NCBI GenBank assembly: GCA_017468925.1
Contig: JAFUHI010000016.1
Coordinates: 15,769 to 79,768, forward strand
DNA length: 64,000 nucleotides
Direction of reading: 5' to 3'
Source: Bacilli bacterium
Lineage (GTDB): Bacteria > Bacillota_I > Bacilli_A > RFN20 > CAG-826
Below are positions 38,379 through 49,002 of this stretch, one piece after another. The notes beneath the pieces were generated by a model that saw only the letters and a list, made by a program, of their open reading frames with translations, searched no databases and was not told the DNA's origin. The position numbers and the translations under genes were made by a program. Position 1 is the stretch's first letter; every line of letters begins with the position of its first letter.

Positions 38379-40793
38379 TTAGCGATGCTTCCTTCTTCTT
38401 ATCATCATCACACCGGCGATTGTGGTTAAGGCAATCAAGCCAGCGATGGCATAGAGAGCAACCATGTTGCTTGAGGTTGGTGAAGCAAGGAACCTATTGA
38501 CGCCGAGGGAAGAAATACCAGCCGAGGTGACCGTATCACCATTGATGGTGGCCCAGGCTTGGAGCCTCAAGTAGGCATCGGCGAATTCAGCGTCGGCGAC
38601 GAATCTCGCCCTGGCTGTTTCGGTCAAGGCGTTATATTTGGCCTTGGCAATGCCATAATAGGTGTAGCATAGACCTTCATTCGCCGTGTAATCCATGTGC
38701 ATATTGTTGACTAAATCGTCTAGGAAATAGTCATCGGTTGTGGCGGAGAAGTTATTGGTCACCGTGAATAGCCTTGCGTTATCAGAACGTGTCTGGGCGC
38801 CAGAAGTGACAGCAACAATGATGTTGGATGTCTTTAATGAAGCCCAATAGGTCGGATGGACCATCAATCTGATGGAATCACCGGAGCAATGAACGATGAC
38901 TGGGACGGTGAGCCTGCTCTGATTTGGAACGCCATCTGTGTAGCCATAGGCATCGAAATAACCGATGGCATAATCAGCTAGCGGAATCTCCACTGGTGGG
39001 TTGGCGGCGATATCGGCGATGGAAGTTCCATTGAGCGTGAAATGCTCAAGGCAGGAGATGAATGGGGCCTTGTCGCTGAATGAATACGCAATATCGCCAA
39101 CGGCGACATCGGTGTGGAGGATCAATAAGCCAGTGCCGTTTTCAAATTCGCCGACTTCGAGCGATTCGATTGTGACATCGACTTCCTCGCTGATGTAGCT
39201 GCCAATGACTTCGGCGGTGTTCTTGACTCTCGTCTCGACACCATCGACGACTGAATACCAGATGGCACCTTCCCTGATAGAGAAGGAATTTGGGATAGAC
39301 CTTTCGCCAAGGTCGATCATGAGCTGCTTTGGAACACGGATTATGAAGACATAATTCGGCTGGTCTGTGGCGATATTTGGCTGAACGGTCGTGGAATAAT
39401 TCCTGTTGTTTACCGGGGCGTAGGTATAATAAGCATCAACTCTATTCCAATCTGCATCCCAGTCCTTGTAATTGCCGCGGCCCCAGTTGTTGTACCAGGC
39501 AAGCGGTTTGCCATCCATTAAGATGTCATCGAACATATACCTGTAGTTGTCATGCGGCCAGGCCTGATTGATGTAGCTGCTCCTTGGGACACCGGTCCAA
39601 AGCTGGAATTCGTAAAATGTGGGCGTTCCATCGTCTGTCCTAACGACATTGTCAATCGAGAAAGCCAAATCGGTCTCGACATCACCAAGGACGTATTGGA
39701 CGCCGGTGAAATGGGCGCTGCTATCACCAAGGGTTGAATGGAAATCGAGATCCCTACTCAACTCATATGTGATGCCTGTATCGGCATTATAAGCGCGGAA
39801 GGCGCCAGCCTTGAAGACGATGTGGTTATCGACCATCGGGATGTAGTCAAGGTTCATCTTGAATTCGCAGTAATTGCCAAGGAATTCAATGGCGACCGGG
39901 TTATATTGCCCGCCGGCATTTGTCGGGAAGGAATGGACGCCTTCGTTTCTTGCATAGAGGCTGTTAGAGGCATCGAGATCCCTCCAATACTGGAATGTGT
40001 GCCCATTGATTTCAATGGCTTGGGCAAGATCGATCAGATGCCCATCGGCATCGACGAATTTGCTGGCGTTCCCGTTATCAAAATAGGCTGTTTCTTTCCA
40101 CATGTTATCTGGATATGAGAACTGGACGAAATGATCACCGATATAATCGTAAGACCAGGTGAAACTCTTGAATGAGATAGAGTCAGCCAAGTCAACAACC
40201 GCGGTGTTGACCTCGATGTTGGCGATGGTCAATGAGCCGTTGATGTCGCCGGCCTTGACGATGAATCCGGCGAATTTATCGACATAATCAGTCTTAATCG
40301 TCATGAGCCACGGATGCCACTCACCATCTTTGATGGGGTTGAATTCGTGGATTGGGTAGCTGCCATCGCTGGCGAGCTCCTGCAGGATGTAGGGCTTTGC
40401 CACATCCGCTACATTCTTCTCGCTCGTGTTGGTGAGCTTATACCAGAAATGGACGTTTGTGACGCTCTCGGCCACCAGGTCATAGGGGCTTGAGACTGTC
40501 TGCGTCCCTGTGGTGACGAATCTCACTTCTGGGTTCTTGGCGGTGTCGCCTTCTGCTTCGAAGACATAGGCCGTGACCTCGGTTGAGCCATCGTGCCCAG
40601 TCATCGTCTCATAATGGTTGCTCGTGTAGCCTTTGATCTTGCCTGTCTCTAGATGAAGATGGCCTGTTGGCTCATCAGGTACCACCGCAGCGCTGACGGC
40701 ATGCGGATGGGAGACGAAAGCAGAGACGGCGGCTAGGCTTGCGCCAAGCATGCCCAATAGAGCGGAAGCAAGGATGATTCTTTTAGCTTTCAT
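38379..40793 (-). CDS. Large surface protein, unknown family (paralogue of 18113..20566), located in GC-rich island
   Basis: 804 aa. MKAKRIILASALLGMLGAS.. signal and C-terminal TM plus RRRKHR. Shared blocks with the 817-aa protein include GHLHLE..KIKGYTS.H.ETM.GHDG, EWHPWLMT and LQAWATINGD.VTSAGISSLG. Confidence 0.6.
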   Translation of the reverse strand: MKAKRIILASALLGMLGASLAAVSAFVSHPHAVSAAVVPDEPTGHLHLETGKIKGYTSNHYETMTGHDGSTEVTAYVFEAEGDTAKNPEVRFVTTGTQTVSSPYDLVAESVTNVHFWYKLTNTSEKNVADVAKPYILQELASDGSYPIHEFNPIKDGEWHPWLMTIKTDYVDKFAGFIVKAGDINGSLTIANIEVNTAVVDLADSISFKSFTWSYDYIGDHFVQFSYPDNMWKETAYFDNGNASKFVDADGHLIDLAQAIEINGHTFQYWRDLDASNSLYARNEGVHSFPTNAGGQYNPVAIEFLGNYCEFKMNLDYIPMVDNHIVFKAGAFRAYNADTGITYELSRDLDFHSTLGDSSAHFTGVQYVLGDVETDLAFSIDNVVRTDDGTPTFYEFQLWTGVPRSSYINQAWPHDNYRYMFDDILMDGKPLAWYNNWGRGNYKDWDADWNRVDAYYTYAPVNNRNYSTTVQPNIATDQPNYVFIIRVPKQLMIDLGERSIPNSFSIREGAIWYSVVDGVETRVKNTAEVIGSYISEEVDVTIESLEVGEFENGTGLLILHTDVAVGDIAYSFSDKAPFISCLEHFTLNGTSIADIAANPPVEIPLADYAIGYFDAYGYTDGVPNQSRLTVPVIVHCSGDSIRLMVHPTYWASLKTSNIIVAVTSGAQTRSDNARLFTVTNNFSATTDDYFLDDLVNNMHMDYTANEGLCYTYYGIAKAKYNALTETARARFVADAEFADAYLRLQAWATINGDTVTSAGISSLGVNRFLASPTSSNMVALYAIAGLIALTTIAGVMMIRRRKHR

Positions 40794-40941
40794 GCTTCAA
40801 TTGGTCATTTAAATGAATAAATGACTACTCCTTTCTATAATTGTCTTTATTAGATTGTTATTCAAAAATTGGTTATTTGCATCTACTTTTTTATTTGCCT
40901 GATGAAAATGCAAATTATTGATAAGGATAAACTATAATCCG

Positions 40942-41871
40942 CTACTCCTTTACCGCGCCAAATGTAAGGCCGTTGATTAGCTGCTTCTGGAAGAAGATGA
41001 ATATGATAAGCATCGGGATCATCATGATGACGCCGAATACCATCTGGACGTTTGGTCTAGCAGTGACATATGAGCTCTCCGATAGATATTCGTAATAGAT
41101 GTATAGGTTCAACGTGAAGGCCTCAGAGGCATTGCTCTTGATATACATTAGAGGCCCGGAGAAATCATTCCACGCGCCAAAGAAGGCAGTGACCATCATA
41201 TAAATGATGATTGGCTTAATAAGAGGCAGCGTCAATTTGAACATCCTCGTGGGCAAGGAGGCCCCATCAAGAATAGCCGCCTCATCAATCTCCTTTGGTA
41301 TTGAGCGGATGAACTGCATTATCATGAAGATGTTGAGGATGCCGCCTCCGAAGAAGCAAGGTATCGTTATCGGGAGGAGGGTGTTGGTCCAACCCATCTT
41401 CCAGAACATCTGATATACAGGAATCATGAGCAGTATGCCAGGGATCATGATTGTGCCCAAGGCCACGGTAAATATCACTTTGCGGAACTTGAATTTGATT
41501 TTGGTGAAGGCATAGGCCGCCATAAAGGCGGTCAAAGGCACGCCGATGACGTTGCACGCCACCACTATCATCGTGTTCTTGAAACCATTGAGGAAGCCAT
41601 TCCTTATCTCCTCATTGGAGAAAGCCTCGATATATGATTCGATGGTCCAATCCTTGGGGAAGAGGCCAAGCCCCTCCGTGTAGCCGACCGATTCATTGAA
41701 TGAGAAAAAACTTCTTGATATCAAGACAACGAAAGGGAAGGCGAAGAATATGACCGGGAGGCAATAGAGGAAATATTTGAGGATATTGCCAAAGACTATC
41801 CTCTCCCTTGGCGAGAAGGCGGACTTATGCCTTGATTTTGGCTGATATGCGGGATTGGATATGTAACGCAT
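40942..41871 (-). CDS. ABC sugar transporter permease (MalG/binding-protein-dependent type)
   Basis: Start moved to the ATG at 41871, 1 nt after the upstream stop. EAA loop IDEAAILDGASLPTRMFKLTLPLIKP. Confidence 0.8.
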   Translation of the reverse strand: MRYISNPAYQPKSRHKSAFSPRERIVFGNILKYFLYCLPVIFFAFPFVVLISRSFFSFNESVGYTEGLGLFPKDWTIESYIEAFSNEEIRNGFLNGFKNTMIVVACNVIGVPLTAFMAAYAFTKIKFKFRKVIFTVALGTIMIPGILLMIPVYQMFWKMGWTNTLLPITIPCFFGGGILNIFMIMQFIRSIPKEIDEAAILDGASLPTRMFKLTLPLIKPIIIYMMVTAFFGAWNDFSGPLMYIKSNASEAFTLNLYIYYEYLSESSYVTARPNVQMVFGVIMMIPMLIIFIFFQKQLINGLTFGAVKE

Positions 41872-41872
41872 G

Positions 41873-42814
41873 TCAGTTGTCCCCCTCGTAATAGACAAAT
41901 TTGTTGTATTTGAACAATATGATGGTGAGGCCACCTATGATGACGAAAAGGATATAGGAAAGTGCCGAGGCGTAGCCGATGTTGGGACTGCCAAAATTCG
42001 CCTCCGCGGTGTTATAGATGACCAAACCAAGGAAATTGAGGTTCCCATTGCCCGCGGTCTGGGTGTATTGGAGGACGCCTTGGCCAATCTGGAAGGCCCC
42101 AATGAAGGCGGATATGACCTGATAGAAGATGTATTTGGACATCATCGGTATCGTTATCTTGAAGAAGATGCGAGGCTTGGAGATGCCATCGAGCTCCGCC
42201 GCCTCATAGTAGCTGCGCGGTATCGCCTTGAAACCCGCTATCCAGAAGGGTGAGGAGCCGCCGATGCCGAATAGCCCCATCGAGATGAAGGAAGTCATTG
42301 CCACAACCTCCAATTCATTGTCGAAAAACACTATGGCGTCTTCGCTCAAAAAGTCCCGGATATGCAGCGAATAAAGAAGTGAATTTATGAAGCCGTAAGC
42401 CTCGCCGGCGTATATGTAGGAATAGATGATCGCGGAGACAATGCCAGGAATAAGGCAAGGCAGATAATATAGAACCCTGAAGACGCGGGCCCCTTTGAAA
42501 TCCTTGCTCAAGGCATAAGAGGCAAGGAAAGAAAGGGTCAGCATCAACGGAACCGTTATCCCGGCGTATGTGAAGGTGAGCCGCAAAGAATGCCAGAAGC
42601 CCTCATCCTGGAAGGCATTGATGTAATTCTGGAAGCCGAATGTCGACCAGTCATAATTCATGTACCTTTTGATGGTCAGATCGGTGAAAAAGCTCTGGAA
42701 AAGGGCGAGCCCAAGCGGGTAGATGGTGAATACGGTAAGAGATACGAGCAAAGGCAAAATCAAAAGGTAACCGACGAGGTTCTCCTTGATTTTGTTCTTT
42801 ATCCGCAGTGTCAT
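41873..42814 (-). CDS. ABC sugar transporter permease (MalF type)
   Basis: Start moved to the ATG at 42814 (MTLRIKNK..). EAA loop YYEAAELDGISKPRIFFKITIPMMS. Confidence 0.8.
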   Translation of the reverse strand: MTLRIKNKIKENLVGYLLILPLLVSLTVFTIYPLGLALFQSFFTDLTIKRYMNYDWSTFGFQNYINAFQDEGFWHSLRLTFTYAGITVPLMLTLSFLASYALSKDFKGARVFRVLYYLPCLIPGIVSAIIYSYIYAGEAYGFINSLLYSLHIRDFLSEDAIVFFDNELEVVAMTSFISMGLFGIGGSSPFWIAGFKAIPRSYYEAAELDGISKPRIFFKITIPMMSKYIFYQVISAFIGAFQIGQGVLQYTQTAGNGNLNFLGLVIYNTAEANFGSPNIGYASALSYILFVIIGGLTIILFKYNKFVYYEGDN

Positions 42815-42815
42815 A

Positions 42816-44186
42816 TTATTTCTTCCAGATCTTCTCCATCTCGGTCTTATACGTTTTGTAATAAGCATCCCTATCGGTGGATGTTACGAAGCTATTCAAG
42901 GTCCTGTCCTTGATGTATTTGTCGATGGAAAGCTGCTTGTCGGTATGGAATCCCCTCATGAAATTCATCGGGATGTCCCTATCGGCATTGGCGACGAAGG
43001 CGTCGTGGTTTGGATGATAGTCATCTGTCACCTTATACTTCTTGAATGATGCGTTCTCATCGAGGGCGAGGCTCTTCAATGAGGGGATGCCGCTGCCAGC
43101 CTCGGAGAAGGCGTTCTGCCCCTCTTCCGAGACGATGTATTTGAGGAAGCTCCAAGCCGTCTCTTTCCTCGAGTCGGGGCATGATGTGGTGATGCCGTAT
43201 CCCGAGCAGCCCATGCCGATATAGGAGGTCGCTCCAGATGGCAAATCGTCATATGTCGGCAAGGATACGAAATCAATCGCCTCATCGCCCAAGCCCTTGA
43301 CGTATGTCGGCAGATTAGGCCTCACGATGAACATCATCGCCGCCTGCTTATTGGTGAATGGAATCTTCTGGGCTATCGGGGCGGCTAATTTGCTATCGAC
43401 CAATGACAATAGTTTGCCCCACGCCCCCTTGGCCTTATCGACTGCCGCCTCGGTGGAGCCAAAGCAGGTATCGGTCTCCTTATCGATGAGCTCGGCCCCA
43501 TAGCTTTTCAATATCGGGTAATAGACTGCGGGAAAGGTCAGGTTGAGGTCGACTGGGTAGAAGGCGGCGCTATGGGAATATTGCGACTTGATGATGGCCT
43601 CCTTGCTTTTTAAGGCGTTCAGAGTCGCGAGGAATTCGCTCCAAGTCCAGCCTTCACTTGGATATTCAATCTCCGCCAAGTCGAACATGTCTTTGTTATA
43701 GGCGCAGACCACTTTGTTGTAGTCCCTCGGGAGCCAATACATATCATTGTTTTGGTTATGGCATTTGGTCATCTCGACAATCGAAGGGAAGAAAGCGCCC
43801 TCCTCGATGCCATCCCTATCCATCAAAGATGAGATTGGCTGGAGGAGCGAGGTCCCGTTGCCCGATAAATCCTCATTCGTGTAATATTCGCAGTTGTAGT
43901 CATAGACCTGGATGATATCCGGCAATTCGTCGTAGAGAAAGGCCTTCGAGATATTGTTGTTGTATTCGTTGTATTTCTCGATTTTGAATTTGACGTTGCT
44001 ATTCTCCGGCAAGGCCCTGAAGCCCCTGATGAAAGTGTTGATGGTCGTCTCCTCGGCGGTATCCGAGACGATGGCGATGGAAATCACGTCGCTTGATTCC
44101 TCGCCTGAGGCCCCGCATCCGCTTAAGGTGGCTAGGCTCAAGCCCCCTAGCATAATCAGCAATGGCTTGCTCATTCTCTTGCTCAT
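42816..44186 (-). CDS. ABC transporter extracellular solute-binding lipoprotein (family 1, sugar)
   Basis: 456 aa, lipobox LSGC, size and pattern typical of a sugar SBP. Confidence 0.75.
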   Translation of the reverse strand: MSKRMSKPLLIMLGGLSLATLSGCGASGEESSDVISIAIVSDTAEETTINTFIRGFRALPENSNVKFKIEKYNEYNNNISKAFLYDELPDIIQVYDYNCEYYTNEDLSGNGTSLLQPISSLMDRDGIEEGAFFPSIVEMTKCHNQNNDMYWLPRDYNKVVCAYNKDMFDLAEIEYPSEGWTWSEFLATLNALKSKEAIIKSQYSHSAAFYPVDLNLTFPAVYYPILKSYGAELIDKETDTCFGSTEAAVDKAKGAWGKLLSLVDSKLAAPIAQKIPFTNKQAAMMFIVRPNLPTYVKGLGDEAIDFVSLPTYDDLPSGATSYIGMGCSGYGITTSCPDSRKETAWSFLKYIVSEEGQNAFSEAGSGIPSLKSLALDENASFKKYKVTDDYHPNHDAFVANADRDIPMNFMRGFHTDKQLSIDKYIKDRTLNSFVTSTDRDAYYKTYKTEMEKIWKK

Positions 44187-44198
44187 TTTCTTTTCCTC

Positions 44199-46721
44199 CT
44201 ATCCGAATATTATCCTGACGTTATCGAATGGCACCTTGATTGTCAGATACCCATCCTCATACGTCTTATCTTCGACTGCTTTGCCGTTGGCCAGCACGGC
44301 GATATCCGCATTATCCGTCTTATAACGGAATGTCAAGACGTGCTCCCTTGAGACGATGCCGCTGATATTGAATATCTCCATCGCATCCTTCTCCTGGCGG
44401 ATCGAATAGACCGTGTCGCCGTATTTCATGTTGTATATCTCAAAGAAATCATCCTGGCCCGTGAATCCATAGGTGAATGATAAATCATTATAGCCATTAG
44501 CATCCATTCCGAATAAGGCGTCTGGTATGGCTTTGATGAGGATGACGCTCTCGATGAATTCGGCATCGAGGCCCAGCGCCCCACCGCCCCGATTGACTGC
44601 ATCCTGGATTGAATAAATCATGTAATTGTCAGGGTCATCGATGGTCGCCTCAAAATCGAGCAAATCATAATAGTCGTCATAGAAATAATATGAATTGCCG
44701 GCGCCCTCCTTGACCTTGAGATACCAATCCCTTATCTCACCCAATCTCTTGTATGCGTTCTCCGGTCCTAGCACCTTGGCCCTTGCCACAAGGTCATAAT
44801 AGCTCCAAGCGATGACCGCTCCGCCATTCTGGACCTGGCGCGACCAGGTGTCATAGCCCCTTGAATAGAACCTGTCATCGAAGTTCTCGTCCTCGAAGAA
44901 GCCATAGCATACCCTGGCATCCTTTGTGTTGTGACGTGGGGCGAATTCATAGAAATAGATGTCATCCCCCGTTGATTTATCGCCATCGACCACCCTATCG
45001 CCATCGACCCAGCGCATTATGGATAGCCTCTGCTCATCCGTCCCAATCCCAGCCGCCACGGCCTCAAGGTTGAGATAGAGGTGCCCGCAATCAAGTATCT
45101 CACCGGTATATTCGTTGATGCCGAGGGCGAATCTCCCTGTGCTGGGGTTATAGAATCCGCCTTTGTTCTGGAAGCGGTAATCGCCGGCGTTATAGGAGTA
45201 ATCGAAAGACTCCGCCACCGGCAAAATCGGCTTCTCCATGTTCGTTTTTACCTCTTTGGCGAGGGAATCAAGCGAGGAGGCATCGTATTCATAAGGCACA
45301 TCATCACCATGAGGCATCCTGTTTTTGACGCTTTCGGTGATATCCTGATTGATGCCTTCTTTCTTCGCGGCGTCCTCCAAGATGGATGCGGCTTTCAAAG
45401 CCTGGTAGAAATATGTGTTTGCCTCCAAGCAATACATCGGGGTGACGGTTAAATCGAAATAGCCGTTGCCGATACCATGGTATGGATGGCGCATATCCTT
45501 ATCGATTGTGTGGGCCCCGATGCCATCATGGCCATACATATAACCCGTATTGAGAAGCCCTTTCTCGCCCTCCAAGGCATGGGTGAGGAATAATATCGCC
45601 TTTCTCACCTTTGGCATCAGTTTCTCCAAAGTCACATAATCCCTGGTGTAGGAGAAATAGTTATAGACTGCGAGGATGAATTGGTAGGTGGCGTTAGATT
45701 GCCTCGTGTCATAGCCAGGGCGGATATAGTTTATCCTTCCGCCTGATAATGACATGGCTGCCCCTTCCTTCCCCTCGAATTCGATGCCGATCGAGGTAAC
45801 GATATTATGGTTCCAGTCGGGATTGAGGTACATATCGAAATAGCGGCGGTACCTATGATATCCGTTCTTGTTCTCATCCCTGATTGAGGAATATACCTTC
45901 TGCGGGGCCTTATGCCACGAGTCATCGCCCTCCACCTTGAAGATGAGACTATAGTCATCAAGGTTCTCCGCGGCAAATTCGATATCGACCTCCACCATCG
46001 GGGCGCATCTAGTGTCGATGCCGCCTCGATATGGCAATAATTCATCCAAATCGTCCTTATGGAAGAGGAATGATGATTCCCCCTCGCAGGAGAAAGTCGC
46101 ATAGCCAACAATCTCATCGTCATGGTCTGGGGAATGGAAATCGCCATTCTCACCAACCCACGAGGCACATTGGGGGTCGTAGCCATCATTGAATTCGAAG
46201 GTCGTGAAATAGGATGCCTCAAGGAGGCCATAATCCGCGTAATTCTCAACCGCGTTCTTCCAGATTGGGAAAGGCCAGCCCTGGGGGACGGAGAAGGTGG
46301 TCTCGCTGCCGCCTTGCTCGGAGAGATACGATTCGTAGACCAGATTCGTGTTATAGATGAGGCCCATGTCATCCTGATCGGCGTTCAATAAATATGTCGC
46401 AATATTAGCAATCTTATCCTCGCGGTAGACCTGGGCGCTGGAATTCTGGAAGGCGACTGCCATGGTCTCCCAGTTTTTGGCGAAACCCGTTCCGCCCGTG
46501 ACCTTGAATTCGCCGACGGAATCGCTGTCGTAGCGCATATTCCTATGGGTGAAGTCATTGAGGAAATCATTCATCTTGGCTTCGCCTGTGCGGTAATGGA
46601 GGTTGATGCCTTCGTATCCACCTCTTTTGGTGCTTTCATCATGCTCTACGGCTGAGCAAGAGGATAAGGCCATGGCGGATAGCGATATAAGCGATAAAGA
46701 AAAAATCAGGCTCTTTTTCAT
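44199..46721 (-). CDS. Large lipoprotein, possible (alpha/alpha)6-barrel glycoside hydrolase
   Basis: 840 aa, lipobox LSSC. The central region (YNYFSYTRDYVTLEKLMPKVRKAILFL.., CLEANTYFYQALKAASILED) resembles six-hairpin glycosidases. No catalytic motif was identified. Confidence 0.4.
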   Translation of the reverse strand: MKKSLIFSLSLISLSAMALSSCSAVEHDESTKRGGYEGINLHYRTGEAKMNDFLNDFTHRNMRYDSDSVGEFKVTGGTGFAKNWETMAVAFQNSSAQVYREDKIANIATYLLNADQDDMGLIYNTNLVYESYLSEQGGSETTFSVPQGWPFPIWKNAVENYADYGLLEASYFTTFEFNDGYDPQCASWVGENGDFHSPDHDDEIVGYATFSCEGESSFLFHKDDLDELLPYRGGIDTRCAPMVEVDIEFAAENLDDYSLIFKVEGDDSWHKAPQKVYSSIRDENKNGYHRYRRYFDMYLNPDWNHNIVTSIGIEFEGKEGAAMSLSGGRINYIRPGYDTRQSNATYQFILAVYNYFSYTRDYVTLEKLMPKVRKAILFLTHALEGEKGLLNTGYMYGHDGIGAHTIDKDMRHPYHGIGNGYFDLTVTPMYCLEANTYFYQALKAASILEDAAKKEGINQDITESVKNRMPHGDDVPYEYDASSLDSLAKEVKTNMEKPILPVAESFDYSYNAGDYRFQNKGGFYNPSTGRFALGINEYTGEILDCGHLYLNLEAVAAGIGTDEQRLSIMRWVDGDRVVDGDKSTGDDIYFYEFAPRHNTKDARVCYGFFEDENFDDRFYSRGYDTWSRQVQNGGAVIAWSYYDLVARAKVLGPENAYKRLGEIRDWYLKVKEGAGNSYYFYDDYYDLLDFEATIDDPDNYMIYSIQDAVNRGGGALGLDAEFIESVILIKAIPDALFGMDANGYNDLSFTYGFTGQDDFFEIYNMKYGDTVYSIRQEKDAMEIFNISGIVSREHVLTFRYKTDNADIAVLANGKAVEDKTYEDGYLTIKVPFDNVRIIFG

Positions 46722-46722
46722 C

Positions 46723-49002
46723 TTATTCGCCCTCCTTCCTGGCTTTAAGCAACGCCAAAGCGGCGCCTAGCGCGGCAAAGGTCAATATGGATGAGGCGAT
46801 TAAAGAGCCAGAGCATCCATTACTATGCTTAGCCTCTTCCTCATCCTTTTTCTCGCTTTCCGTATAGGTCAATATGTATTCTACGAAACGGGACACCCCG
46901 ATGATGTTCTGGTAGACCTTATCGCCCTCCGATGTGGTGACAGTTAGGTCATAGCCATCCACCGCAAAACGGGAAAGGGAGACGAATTCGCCTGGCTTTA
47001 TCATCATGTCTGGGAATGAGAGCCCCTCGATCCCAACAACTTGGAATGAGGCGAAATAGGCAAGCGACCAGCTGAGGTTCCATTCCTCATAGAGCCTGTT
47101 ATTGCCGTATTCGTCATATACATCGGGTATCTCGCCGCGAAGGCCATATTCGTCATTGAGCAAGAAAGTCTTCTCCTCGACCGTCCTATAGCCGAGCTCA
47201 CCTCCCTCGTTGGAAGGAATCTCAGTCCCCTTCTCAATCGTTATCTTATACATCGAGGCCCCATCGTATCTATGGTGGTCGCCATCCATCTCGTCGCTTA
47301 TAGTGATGCCAAGCATGTTGGCCTCGCCGAATTGCCTCATCGTGATGGCGTCCCCTGTATATATATCCCTTAATGGATAGGTGTCGCTTCCATCCTCGGA
47401 TGATGAAATCTTGACATTATCGAGGAAATTCAATTCATCGATGAAGGTATTCGCGACAATCGTGTTCTCAAAGACGAATGATGAGAATAGGAGCATCAGC
47501 CATCTAGTGCCTGATTCCCTATGCTCGCGGTTATGGACACCCATTAGCTCAATCGAACCGAATGATTTGAGCTCATCGGCCTCGGGGACAAAATTGAAGG
47601 CCTCGTATTTGGCGTCCTCGTTGCCATAATCCCCGTTGACGAAACGATAGTCCGCATTGACTCGTATGATGCGCCCATCGAGGTAGAGCTCGCAGCCCTC
47701 ATCAATCTCAATTTTGTAAACGGTCGTGCCATTATAGGTGTCATAAGCCTCTTCGCCTAATTCAAACAATAAGGCAGTCGATGTCCATAGATTCTGGACG
47801 GCCTTCCTATACGAGGTTATCTCCCCCAAGGTCTTGCCCTCATCCTCTGGCGATAGATAGACCCTGATTGATGAATAGGTGTTCAGGAATGAGGCCATCG
47901 TGTATTCCTGCACCTCGGTCTCGAAATAGACCCCGCTGACGATGGATAGATAGAATAGCCCTCCTGGCTGATCACCCCTCACTTGGACGGTCGCCACTTC
48001 CAGGGTCTCGCCTAAATCTAGTGGCCTAGGCACGAAATTGAAGGCCTCGTATATGGCTGATTCATCGCCATAATCGGCGTTGACAAAGGAATAATCCTTG
48101 TCGATTTCATAGATATTGCCGTTGAGATAGACCTCGCATCCTTCCTCAACGTCGATGCGATACACGCTTGCCCCGTTATACGTCTTATACGCCTCATAAC
48201 CGAGCGTGAGCATGAAGGCGCGAGATACCCATTTGTTCTGGATGGCGCTTCTATAATGGGTTATCTCCCCTAGTGTCTTGCCCTCATCCTCGCTTGATAG
48301 ATAGACCTTTATCTTCGAGAAGGTGTTCATTTCCTCGAATTCGGTGTATTCGATGGGACTCACATCTGTATAGGAGAGACTGCTGAGAGATAGATACGTC
48401 TCATCGCCTCCCTCAACCCCCCTGACCTCGACCGTGAATAGGGATATCTTCTCCTCCATGCGGCGTGGCGTTCTCTTGAAGGTGAAATGGAATGATTGCT
48501 CTTTTGCGCTATCAACTCCAAAGCCTTGGTTGTAGCCAGTCAGGGTGAAATCTATCATGGCCTTCCCGCTTGGTGTGGGGAAATAAGCCGTGGGGTTGAT
48601 GACGACTCTCTCGATGGTCGTCCCGTTGTATCTAGCGAAATAATCCTCGCTCAATTTATACATAAGGCCCTCAGAGCCCCATTTGTTCATGGTTAGATTT
48701 CTTGATTCCAAAGCGGATGATAAGGGTATCCCCTCCTCATCGCCACCTAGAAAAAGATAGATGTTATCTGCCGAATCGAATTCATCCGCGATGGCTGTCT
48801 CGGGGACTGAGGTGTAGACGGTTGATTGAATCACGAAATAATGGCCGCTGCCCGAATCGCCTCTTATCTGCATGCCAAACACCTCAAGCGTGGGGATGGA
48901 TTCGGCTTTGGCCTCTATGGCTGGAGGATGGATTATCGACATGGCCAAAGAGAAAGGCAAAAACATCATCGCCAGCAGCCTAAGATGCTTATTTCCCTTC
49001 AT
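46723..49002 (-). CDS. Surface protein with four tandem repeats of about 145 aa and a C-terminal TM anchor
   Basis: 759 aa. Repeats 2 and 3 are nearly superimposable: VYLS.EDEGKTLGEIT.YR.A.QN.W.S.A....LG.EAY.TYNG..VY.I...EGCE.YL.G.I......Y.FVN.DYG.E.A.YEAFNFVP. Confidence 0.6.
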   Translation of the reverse strand: MKGNKHLRLLAMMFLPFSLAMSIIHPPAIEAKAESIPTLEVFGMQIRGDSGSGHYFVIQSTVYTSVPETAIADEFDSADNIYLFLGGDEEGIPLSSALESRNLTMNKWGSEGLMYKLSEDYFARYNGTTIERVVINPTAYFPTPSGKAMIDFTLTGYNQGFGVDSAKEQSFHFTFKRTPRRMEEKISLFTVEVRGVEGGDETYLSLSSLSYTDVSPIEYTEFEEMNTFSKIKVYLSSEDEGKTLGEITHYRSAIQNKWVSRAFMLTLGYEAYKTYNGASVYRIDVEEGCEVYLNGNIYEIDKDYSFVNADYGDESAIYEAFNFVPRPLDLGETLEVATVQVRGDQPGGLFYLSIVSGVYFETEVQEYTMASFLNTYSSIRVYLSPEDEGKTLGEITSYRKAVQNLWTSTALLFELGEEAYDTYNGTTVYKIEIDEGCELYLDGRIIRVNADYRFVNGDYGNEDAKYEAFNFVPEADELKSFGSIELMGVHNREHRESGTRWLMLLFSSFVFENTIVANTFIDELNFLDNVKISSSEDGSDTYPLRDIYTGDAITMRQFGEANMLGITISDEMDGDHHRYDGASMYKITIEKGTEIPSNEGGELGYRTVEEKTFLLNDEYGLRGEIPDVYDEYGNNRLYEEWNLSWSLAYFASFQVVGIEGLSFPDMMIKPGEFVSLSRFAVDGYDLTVTTSEGDKVYQNIIGVSRFVEYILTYTESEKKDEEEAKHSNGCSGSLIASSILTFAALGAALALLKARKEGE

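Noticed and set aside
40942-42868. Apparent 50-60-nt overlaps between the SBP and permease genes and between the two permease genes in the ORF track.
   Set aside because: This is an artefact of the track extending each ORF to its furthest upstream start. Internal ATGs at 42814 and 41871 give 1-nt spacing typical of coupled ABC operons.
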